The notes under the pieces: generated by a model
What the model was told of the DNA's origin: nothing
The model's input: the letters and a program-made list of their open reading frames with translations, nothing else
Database searches by the model: none
Source: Thalia democratica
Taxonomy: Eukaryota
Reading direction: 5' to 3'
Length of the DNA stretch: 64,000 nt
NCBI GenBank assembly: GCA_965202585.1
Contig: OZ241829.1
Location: 73,098,001-73,162,000 of the forward strand
Program-made: the position numbers and the translations under genes
Part shown: one piece after another, positions 13,701 to 25,700 of the stretch
Layout of the letters: each line of letters starts with the position of its first letter
Numbering within the stretch: the stretch's first letter is position 1

Positions 13701-16700
13701 CAACTATCCCTTATTGTTTTTCTATAAGCATTTTAACGAGTAAACAACTCTTTAAAAAATTTATAAGCTATAAACAAATTAAAGTTAAAGTATTAATATT
13801 TTAAAACTTTGATTTTCTATAATAAACGTGGCATATACTCAAACACCTGTTTTTAATATTTTTATTAGCAAATAAAACTATTGTTTGCATTGTTTTAAAG
13901 GTATGCGACCAAATCAATTTTATTTTTAAAATTGTTATGTCTGCAATAAAATAAAAGAAATATACTTTTGAATTCAAAATTTTCACATACAAACAATAGA
14001 TAAAATATTTTTAAGGTTCTTTTGTTATCATAATTTTAAAAACAATTTTTAAGTGGTATTGTTATACTGAATCTGCATTTACAAAACGTCTGCTTCATTA
14101 AAAAGAATTGTTCTATTTATTTATGAAAGGTCATGAAACAATGGTCTAATGAGATGCGACTATTTGATTACCTAATATGGTATAAGTAGCTACGTTTATT
14201 AAGTACCTGAAATAAATTAGAGTTCAATAAAACTGGTTTCAACAACAAAATAGTTAATTAAGCATTCGTGGCAGTTAGTGAAATTCTTAACAACGTGTCA
14301 GAATACCTAATTATAACTCAAAATGAGACAAGAGTAAAAAAATCGGGCTGCGTATAAAAGTTTATCGTATCGGGGTATCAAACATCTTATCAAAAATATC
14401 GAGTACACAGTAGTACTGTTATTGATAAGAAAATAATAACTTACCTCTTTACTTGGTACAGTTAGCAAATTTTTATTTTAAACTTCTACTTTAATACCCT
14501 GCGAACATACATACGTACGAGGGTTTTTTTATACTAAGTTAGAAAATTGAAGCAAAATACCAGTATAAGCATATAAAGAAAAAATCAGAATTTCTTTTAA
14601 TCAAATTTAAGTTTATATCTTTTATCTAGTTCAAGTTTAGCTTATTACTTGTTTTTACTTTGTTTGTTAGTTGTACTTAGTTTTTATGTCCAAGTATAAA
14701 GTTTTAACAAAAACTAAAACAGATTATACCAGGAGCTTACATTGAACAAATAAACTTTTTAGGATAAAGAAAAAGGTTGTTTATTTTTAGTTACAAAGAA
14801 TATTAAAACAGAATAGCTAATTAATTTATTTCAGACTTGCTCCTTTTTCAGAAAGCGATTTTTATTTCAACATCATTAATCCTAAACACTTGAATATAAT
14901 AAAAATAAATCGATTTTGCAAGGAGCTTATGTTTTTACCAAGTTTTTTATTTGTTTTTCCATCAATGCCGAGTCCCTCGCCCCAAGTTCACACAGTTTCA
15001 TTATGACGTCACCAACGTAGCTGGTCGAGTGGCCATTATTCCCATGTGTGACGTCATAAAGGATTTAATTTGTTGTAGTGTGCCAGTTTTTTATTTTGCT
15101 TCAATTAGCGTTTGTAGTGGTCAGGAAAGCATGTTTTTATAAAATACAACATTTTAATTTTTCTTTTTTTTTAAAAACTTTAAAAGTTGAGTTCTAGATT
15201 TGCATGCCAAAGAGTAAAAGTTGATATTTATTTTCATATCTTCTATTAAGGTTTTATTTTAAAGTATTTTTGTTCATTTTTGTCGTATGTTTTTTAAATT
15301 TATTTAGAGTCCAAAGTTTATTCTAAGTTCTGAGCTAATTATTGTAATTTTTTAAATTGTTGATAAGTAAACTTTAATTGTTTTTTTGCAAACAAAAATT
15401 CAATATAAAGTTACAACAAGTTAGATTTTTTGGTTTAAAAGCAGCATAGTTTATTAACTTATGATTTTTGTAAATATATTTAAGTTATTTACGTGCTAAA
15501 AGTACTTGTTTGAGTTAAAGTAACAGTTTTAGTGAAAAAGTAGAGATTTGTTGATAGTAACTAAAGCAGAAAACAATGACATGAAGTTTATGTTTGCAAA
15601 TGACAACACCTATTTACTTGTAAATGTTTTAAAAAGGCATTATATTTTCTTTAATTTATATTGAGAAAACAATTAAAAGTAAACAATTACTAAATTTAGT
15701 AACTTCAGTATGATTTTCTAGTACTAATACAATTATAGTTTTTTTAAAGCTATTTAAAATAAAAGTAGGATACTCCTTAAGGTAGCAATCAGATCATCTG
15801 TAGAATATTAAACAAAGTATTGTACTTTAAGTTTTTATCAATGTGCACAAAGCTGCTTATAATAAAGTTTAAGTTAAAGATAATACATTAAAATATTTTA
15901 AAAAAACATACAACCATTTACATCAGAGTATAAAATTAAGCCTAGATTTTTTTTAAAGATGTCGTTACATTAAACACATTTTGATTGTCCTTTATTCACA
16001 GAAAAGCACTTTACTATTTTTAAAAATTGTACACATGCTTAATGTTCATACAGAGTGTAACATTTTGTAAGTTCTGTCTTAACTTTGTTATAAACGATAA
16101 TTTTTTTATACAAAAAATTGTTATAGCATATAGTAGAATAAAAAAAAACTTTTATCGAACTGTCAATGACTGTCATACAAATCATGTGTAAATAAAAGAG
16201 TTTTATAGTGAAATTTGTTATCACATTTTTATGATACAAAAAACATATGTTAAGCTGATAAGGCTTATCTCACATAATATTTTTGCCATATATTTCAAAA
16301 CATACAGCTCATTCGTATTAACACTTCAGTCAAGTAGCATAGTATTTAAATTTAACTCAGTTTGTATTTTGTAAAGTTTTTTGTAAATTAAATTTAAAGT
16401 GTTATTTTAAGAAAAGGCTAGTATTTATTTTATAAACGTTTTTAATAACAGTATGTTTGTACATAGTTATGAAAATGTTTATTTTTGTCTCACTATATTT
16501 GATTGAGCATAGTTTCAAATTTACAGTAGATTTTATTAAAATATTACTGTTTAATATGAATTCCCAAAAAATAAGAAGATTGTTTTCATTCAGTTCAACC
16601 GGTTTTTATGAAATTGATAAGGTTTATTTTTATTTTTGTGTATAACAAGTTAAGCTACTTACGTTTTGCTAACAATATATAGTTTAGAAAAAAATCATTG

Positions 16701-19700
16701 TTCATCCGTGAATAACTAAACTGGTTTGGGCAAAGCTTTTTTAAATGTGTGAAGATAACATACAAAACTTAAAAATTCTGGTTCTTAAAATATTCAATTT
16801 ATTTTTTGATTTTACTAAATTGTTGTCTTAATTTTAAGTTTTTTGAATTAGTATTTGTGTTTAAATAACTTTTTTTTATGTATTATAACTAAAATGAGGG
16901 AAAAAATGTAAATTATTTCATAGCTGCCATATTATGACGACACTTGTTTTACTCTTTTTGTTATCATAGTAAAAAATTTTAGTCATATTTAAATTAATTA
17001 TTATTATTTATTCTAACAGCCAGCGAACAATGAAGAAAATGATGACGTCAGCCAGGATTCCGTTGACGGAATCAGCTACAGTAGTCGCGATATGAACACT
17101 CCTGTTAGTTATTTGTGAAAAATATTAAAACAATAACAATTAATTAATTAGGTTTCGGTAGATGGAATCAGCTACAGTAGTCGCGATATGAACACTCCTG
17201 TTAGTTATTTGTGAAAAATATTAAAACAATAACAGTTAATAAATTAGGTTTCGGTAGATGGAATCAGCTTCGGTAGCCGCGAAATGAACACTCATGTATG
17301 AATTTTGTTTATTGTTTTAAGAAAAGGTGTAGGACAATTAACAGTATACTGTTTAAATGTATACTCTTAAAAATTAAGTCGTCGTAATTTAATTTTTTAG
17401 TTAGCAAAATTATACTATTATGTTAATTGATTTAAGAAAGGGTGTAGTACAATTAACAGTATACTGTTTAAATGTATACTATTAAAAATTAAGTCGTCGT
17501 AATTTAATTTTTTAGTTAACAAAATTATACTATTATGTTAATTGATTTAAGAAAGGGTGTAGTACAATTAACAGTATACTGTTAAAATGTATACTCTTAA
17601 AAATTAAGTCGTCGTAGTTTACTTTTTAGTTAACAAAATTATACTATTATGTTTGTTGTAAATAGCATGTTACAACATGTGAGTTTTTAAAAAGTAATAG
17701 TTTTAAATATATTTACGTGATGCTATTTAAATGTAACTGTTTTTATTCGATTTTAAATTCATCGTACAATGAATTAAAATCTAACAAGTTACAATGAGGA
17801 TTATTTGACTATTTACTCATCAGTGGCACTAACATGAAACTTTAACAATGTGTAGCTGATTTTTTGTCAGTGAAAGTACCATTGGTAGTAAATGTTTTAT
17901 TTATCGTTTTTGTACCCATTTAATTTTGTTTAAAAAGTTATCCATTTAAATTAGTGTTTACTTTAACATTCATACTGACCCTTTCTAGTATGTCTACGTG
18001 TTGTTTTTAAATTGACTTCAAAATGATCTAATACTACTGAATATTAGGCAAAACGGCTACTTAACATTACCTGCACAGACACTTTGTAAAAAATTTACCA
18101 ATATACTCTCAAACACAACCCGTAGAAGAAATCTCTCAAATTTTTTCATAAACAGAATTACTAGTTTAATGACGTCACGAACCTTTAAAAACCACCGCAA
18201 GCTTCAGCGGTATGGTACGGTTGCCGTCCCGTACTACTGCAAGTTGCAGATGGGGATGTTAGACAATGTTTAATTTTTAGCTGTTACTGACGGCTCAACA
18301 CACGCATTCTCACATGTTCGGGCTTACCTACGCGCTGTGCAAGTAACTTGTTTTACTGCATGTAGAAAGCTCGGTGGATGGTAAAACAAAATTACTTGTG
18401 TTGCACGTCCACATTGAATTATAAATCAAGCAGAAGTATACTAATAATTATCATAAGATGTTGTTAAACAATACTGTAAATTTATATAGTTTTTATACTT
18501 GAAAAAACTGTTTTTTAAAGTACTTCTGTTTTTCAAGGGGTCTTCTTCAGATTCTTATGCGGAGCCGAACAATGAAGACCTTAGTGCTGATTTGCCTGAT
18601 CCACCAAGTTTTATTGATAACAAACTGACTACTTCTAGTGAGGAAGGTTGGTAATAAATTTGCTAGTTCAATAAAATTATACATTTTATGTGCAATGTAT
18701 ATTACAGATGATAATTATTAATTAAAATTTAAATTATTTCAGCGAGTAAGGTTGATCGAAAACAAATTTTATAAAATTTTATAAAAATGTATGTCTTATT
18801 AAAAAATACAACTAAAAATACGTTTATATAATAAAAGCTAATTAGATGAGATTAAAAAACTATGTTACAATACAGTAACTTACTTTAGTAAAAAAATGGA
18901 AAAATAAAGTTAATTAATTAAATGGTAAACTTTTTTTAGACTAACAAAAACAACAAAAGTTAAAAATTAATAGCACATATATAACAATTAAAATTAAATA
19001 AATGCTTTTAACCTAAGCTGAAACAACAATCTTTAGTTTCCTATTAACTTTAATTATTGACCAACATTTTTTGTCCCTGCTTAGCTTTTAGTAAGAAGCA
19101 TAAGCTGTGTTGCTTAGAAACAGATAACTTTTATTCACGCTTGAATGGTTTTCAATTTCATGCAAAGCATTACTTGATGAAAACTCTTATGTCATATGAA
19201 AATTTTCGTTTATTGTTTGAAGTAAATTTTTACAAAGTACAAAGAAATTAAAATTTTTCTTAGAAATGTTTATTTTTCACAAAAAAATAGAAGTTTTACT
19301 GAGGTTAGATTTTGTTTGTTTTTTATGCCTGTTAAAGAAAAAAATGCTGTGATTTTACTTTATTTGTAAAGTGCTTTTCATTTGGTTAAAGCAGTTGTCC
19401 CAAACGTTGTTCATAGCAAAAAAAATGTTTAGAACTATTATCTTTGGTTAGTTAAACTAGATTTATAACTTGGATTTTGTCTTGAAAATAAAAGTTGACA
19501 AATAAAATTTAAATTTAAAGCTCAATATTTTTGGGCAGTATTGGCTGAAATTCAAGATGAGATTGAAACTAGTTTAAATTTGGCCTCATTATTAAAAACT
19601 ATAGTTCGAAATTACCTGTAAAATTGTATTTAAATAAACAGAAAAACAGAATAATTCCATTTTTTAGCAACTAAGAACATCAAATAAAAAACCATTTAGT

Positions 19701-22700
19701 TTAAATTTAGCTATAATTTCAAATAGGGTTTATGAGAACTATAAGAATTAAATGAATATTTAGTTCTAGTAGTTCTCATAAACCTTATTTTAAATTATAG
19801 CTAATATTATACTAAATTCATTAAAATTAGTAATTGCACATTTTATAATATTTAGAAGATTTAACATCATAGTTTTTCTTGACTTACAAACTTGAAAAAG
19901 TTCAAAAAAATTATTAAAATAAATATTTTGCAAACTTATTCAAGCTACATCCTGCTACTTAAAACCTTGCAACATTATGTTTTTTTTTGATTTACTAAAC
20001 ATAAAAAAATCATATGAAGTTTAATTATTAAAGTATTGATATTTGAATTACTTTAACTATATGTTCACAATACTTACAATAAAGTAAAACTTTCAACTTA
20101 AAGTTAAGTATTTTTAAATTTTTTTTAAGTAAGGTGGGTTAAAGGTAAGAGTATGGATAAAAGTTTTTAATTATTAAGTATACAGTAAAACTTTTATACA
20201 AAAGCATTTAATAACAACACTTGATTTTTACTTACAGTTCCCAAAAACTTTGAACATTTTATTTAATAAAAGTAAAACTGTTTAACTTTAGAAATAAATA
20301 TTAAAAAGGCATATTAGAAAGAAATTTTGTTTTTGTGATCATTAGAGCGTGTGATTATATTAGTATGGGCCAGGCCATCAGTGTTTCATATAAATAAGCT
20401 AAAAATTTTCTAAATAAAAAAGGTGTCAATTTACTCACATCAATAAAAATTGAAAGTATTTCCCATACCCATGTTCATCTATATTTTACTGGTTTTTGTA
20501 TCTAATATTTTCACTTTTAAGAACAGTTAGATTTTTTTTTAATTTTTTGCTAACATATTTGCAAGATATAAATTTATTTGTTAATTTGTTAAATTCAACT
20601 GAATCACAAGGTACTGTGTTTTCAATAGTAAATTGCTTTACAATTTTCACTAGTTTTAATTTTATGATACTAAAATTGCAGTTTATTTTATAAAAGTTAT
20701 TTATTTGCAGATTTGCTCGGAAGAACTTCATTGAGAAGTGGCAGTAATGCGTCTTCCCAGAGGAATTCTCCTCAAATTAAGAGGTTAAAATCATTTATAT
20801 AAAAGGAAACTTACTGATTAAAAATAAAAAAATAGTAATACTCTTACCTGTGACATGAAGTCATAAGCTTTTCAATTTAATCCTAGTAGTCAAATTAAGA
20901 AAATAGTTAAACATATATCTTTAAACATTTAAAACTTATACCATCATAGAGGATATTATTAATGGTTTTGTGAAGTAATAGAATAGAATTGGTTAGTTTG
21001 TATGTATGAGCAAAGCAGAGTTTATGAGATTTTTTGTAAAATAAACAAGTATCTTGGCTTTTTGATTTTAAATTCACTATTGTAGTTGCTTACATAAATA
21101 ATGTTTTATTAGGACAATAGCTTTCACTATCAAAGTGAGTAAATAAGGTGAATGAAATTAAAGCTAGTTTATTCATAAATAAAGTTTCTAAAGTTTATAT
21201 TTTTAAATATTTTTTAGCAAAATTTAGTACAAATAAAAGTTTTTATATTTATATATCTATTTTTAGTAGCTATTTTTATTACAGTTATATTATTTAATTA
21301 AGAAAGTTAATACTAAACTTAAAATTAAAAAATCTAAACTTGAATATTTGATATTTATGTAGTTTGTTTTCAGTCGAAGTAAATTATAAGCATCAAACCA
21401 ATTATGATGCCACAGGTTTGCTTCTGACGCGACGACGCGCTCCAACGATTCCAATGACGTCATAGCGAGGAACGAAATGACGTCAGAGGAGAAGAAGGAG
21501 AGGTTGATGTTCGATCTCAACAGCACCATGACTTTTCTGAGCCCTCAGGACAGGGGAGACCTCAGCTCGGTTAGTTTTTTCTTATTATTTATTTTTATCA
21601 TTATTTATTTAGTAAGTTTCAACACCATTCTTGTATCTTACTTATGATATACTAAACTGTTTCTAATCACTTTACATTTGGCATCTGTTATTCAGTTGCT
21701 TCATGTTCGCACTAGATATTACAATAATACTTTGAATATTTTGTGATTGTTTGATTGTATATACAATATGTTTTGGTACAACTTTTTTATGTTTAAAAAC
21801 GTTAAAGTTGTTCATCTGTTCGGTTGGGTTTTCGTATGCTTTTTTTGATATTACAATTTAACTTATAAATTTATAAGGCATAAATATAATAAACTAACTA
21901 GTTTATCTTAAACCTAATTACTTGCTTAGTACCTTCGTGAGATGACCTTCAATAGTCCAGAAGACGAATGTGATTTCAGTTCGGTTGGTTTTGGTTTAGT
22001 TTTTTCATCATTTATAACTTACTTAACATATATAGTTTATTATTAAACTTATTCTTTGTTAATACCTACTTGTGTGACCTTCCTGAGGATAGAGTCGAAC
22101 TCAGCTCAGTTGTTTTTTTTAATAATTTTAGTTAAAATATAAAGTGTCATATTTAGTATTTTATTTGTTAGCTGTTTGTCATAATGTTACTGTTGCTAAT
22201 TCAATTCTCTACTACTTACTTGATTATTAATCTTGTTTGTATAATTTTTATGTTACTTTTTTGAAAATTTAATTATCAGTTTTGAAATAAGGAGGCAATA
22301 AAGTCAGTTTAACTAAAGTAATTGAAATAAATAACAAGTTTCTAATGGTTTGACCAAACGACATCGAACCTCATAATGCAAATCTAAAATGCAGCCAAGA
22401 CGAACTTCGGCGTCTCATTGTTTCTTCAACTGAACAAAAATTTCTTCCAGATGGACGTGAATCAGATTGCTGTGGATTATAACTATGTTAGGAATGAAAA
22501 GGAAGCTGACGATCTCAAGAAAAGGTTCATAATGATCTTTGCCGTGGCCAAGAACGATCTCAAGTACTTGAACCAGCTGGAGCGCGTCAACATTGTTAGT
22601 TGTTGTATCTTTTCAAAACATTTGTAATGTTTGTTGATTTAAGAGGTCTGCTAGACAAAATGAGTTAAGAAAAAAATGTTATAAACCTTATTAAAAAAAT

Positions 22701-25700
22701 TTAGTGAAAACATTAAAGTGTATTTAATACTAATTAGTTTATTTAAAGTGTACATAAACTTCTCAAGTTATACTCAGCTATAAAAAAAAATAAAGTTTGA
22801 AAAAAATATTTGTTATAGCTTTCAGCTATTTACAAGCAAGTATCGAAAAATTGATCACGCAACACAAAAATCAAATAACTTGAAGAAAAAAAAAGATTAA
22901 CTAGAAAATAAATCTTCAACAGTTCATACGCTCCCTCAAGCAATCCATGCAGACGTCGCGACCTGTGATTTCGGAGGCTGAGTTCAATATCCTCTTCTAC
23001 AAGGTGGTCGAGCTGATGGAGGCCCAGCGCGAGTTCCAGCAGGGGATGGAGAGGATTTGGCGGGAACACAAGACCACGGGCTCCATGGAGATCGGCGCCA
23101 TTTATCTCAAATTCGTGAGTGCTTGAATCGGTTTTGTTAAAAAATACTATTTTATACTTGTATTATATTGTGGCGGGATCACAATGGTGATCGGCTCCAT
23201 AGTTCGGCTATCTACTTAAAATTTGTAATTTAATGTTTTCACCTGCTTGGGATAGGTTAAACTTTTTCTTTACTGACTGAAAAGTCTTGCAATTTAGTTT
23301 CTTAATGCAAAACTGCAAGTTTTAAAATTTTTTGCCTAATTAAAATTGTCACTATAATATGAAGTCAAAGTTGTGATTGTGTAAGATATTTATAATAGTT
23401 ATTCATATTATCCAGTAGTCCCAAGAGTTATGTGTTAAAACTGCGAGCTTTTAAATTCGTTAAAAAATAGAAATAGTTTGCTTTCTGATAGATTCGAATT
23501 GTTCAACATTTTGTAAATATTTATAATCACTAACAAAGTATCCAACAGTCGCAGAGCCTTAATACTTAAATTTATCAGAACAATTCTGAGAACTGTAGTT
23601 ACGATTTTTTTTGACCTAATCATTCTTACCAAACAGAGTCAGAGCCTTATCACCTACCGCCAGTACCTGGAAAATCACGACAAGCGTCAGACGTGCTTCA
23701 AAAAACTCGAGAACAACAAGAGGTTCCAGGCTTTCTTCGGCAAGATCTGCCCCAACACGAGCTCCAACGATGACGTCACCAACAGGGAGATCCAGCACAT
23801 AAGCGCCGTCCAACAGGGTGATAAACCGAAATCCGCCAACACGCTGGAACGTACGTCATTAATTTGTTACGTCATATATGAGTGATTTCTTGAGTTATAG
23901 ATATACTTTTTACCCAAACAACTTTGATAGTTGTATAGGTATAAAATATTAATTAAAAATGTTTTTGCTTAGTGTATTTATTCCAAATCTATCAACACCT
24001 TGAGAGTGAGTTCATAGTTTAAAATTGTGACGTCATAGATGACTGACGTCATAGATGACTTAAGATTTTTTCGAAACTATTTTATGGATAGATATCAGTT
24101 TTAATGAAACAACTACTTTTACAACTTTTTCTTTCTTGTTTATTAATAACTGTATGATAAAGCTATTTAAAACTAAATCTGTAATAAGATTTCTAACAAT
24201 ATTTTTAAACAACAGAAACGCTGCAATTGCCATCTACAAAGTTCTTGGGAGTGAATGAGGTCTTGCGCATCTTCATCCAAGTCACTCCTGTTCGACACCC
24301 TGATTATCCCTTACTACGAACTGTTAGTTTTTAATGTATCTTCAAAAATTCTTTTTTTCTATTGATAAAGTTATAACATTGAAAGTTTTAAAATGATATA
24401 AAATAATTTTCAGCATGTAATAAAATTAGCTGTTAAGCCACCGTTAAAAACTGTTAGTTTTATATACTCAGTTTTAATTATTTGTAACATTTGCAATTAT
24501 AATATAAAGATTGTAGTTAAGTTTTTTATACTATTTTACAGCCTGTTTTATGAACTATTATGATTGTTTATTTTACATTAATGCTTATCTAATTCATTAA
24601 TTTTATATGTTATTGTAATTACTAATAATAATTTTATCTAAGCAAAAGTTTTAAGTGTACTGTAATAGCAGTGGTGGTCTAAAGTTAAGGTAAAGTTGTC
24701 TCACAAATTAATTTCAGTAAGTAGTGCTGTACTTATAACCGTCAAAACTAATTCAAAACTTATTTGATATATAAGTATAAATAATAAATCAAATAATGTA
24801 CGTAAAACTGAACAAACAAAACTAACCTTAGCAAAACACTATGTCATATGGAGATAAAAAAAAACTAAACATAAAACTACTCAGAACAATTTCAACAACC
24901 TTAAAGGCTACGACAAAATATCAAGAAACAAACTGAATATTTACTATGAAGCTATGAAGTCTTAACCAACACTTTATTAATTTATAAAAATTAAACATCT
25001 TATTGATAACTCATAAAAATGGTCAGTAAAATTAAAATTGTCGGAAAACTTTTAAAAGACCAGTATAAAAAAAAACATATTTGTTTGTATTTTACGATCA
25101 ATTGTTTATGTTTGTTTGAAGTCATTCTTTTTTACTTGTTGTATGAGATATAAAACTTGACCACAAAAGATAAAAATAGTATCAGCTAAAGTACTAAGCA
25201 AATATCTCCACCTTAGAAAAACAAATGTGTTTTTAGTTGTAATAAAAAGTAAATACCTTTAAGATAAATCTAACATTTAAAACTTTATTGCTTTGATATG
25301 AATAAGTACAAACACAATTTTTTGTCAAATAAAATAAATTCTTTATCTACAAAAATATTCTAATAAACTATAAAATATGATGACTGAATAAATATAACAG
25401 TAACTAGCCTTAAAAATATTTATTTTTAATAAACTTAAACTATTTATGTTTATATGACTAAGAAAGTAAGTGCTGAAAAAATGTATTGTTGAACTGTTTA
25501 CAAACAGCAGACATAAATGTATATAGCTCATTTGAAATACCCTTTGTTGATTTATATATTGATTTTTATCAATTGTATAATCCATTTAGTAAGCATTTTC
25601 AACGCACTTAAACACACTTAAGTGAAAACCAGTGCTTTAGTTTGTTATAATTAATTTAACTTGACAAAAACGATTATACAACGCAGAAATAAATAGTTAT

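Noticed and set aside
17020-17295. Regularly spaced repeats resembling a CRISPR array
   Set aside because: The spacers are near-identical to each other, are bounded by GT-AG, and sit in a eukaryotic gene; this is an exon-intron tandem.
10546-20731. Many 60-90 aa AT-rich ORFs in the supplied track (e.g. 10546, 12589, 13801, 16039, 16457, 19057, 20486)
   Set aside because: F/L/I/K/N-biased composition typical of random AT-rich introns, often with non-ATG starts and no exon signature.
21812-21826. Possible 15-nt microexon (taaag|ttgttcatctgttcg|gttggg)
   Set aside because: Weak acceptor and no homology support; it cannot be distinguished from chance.
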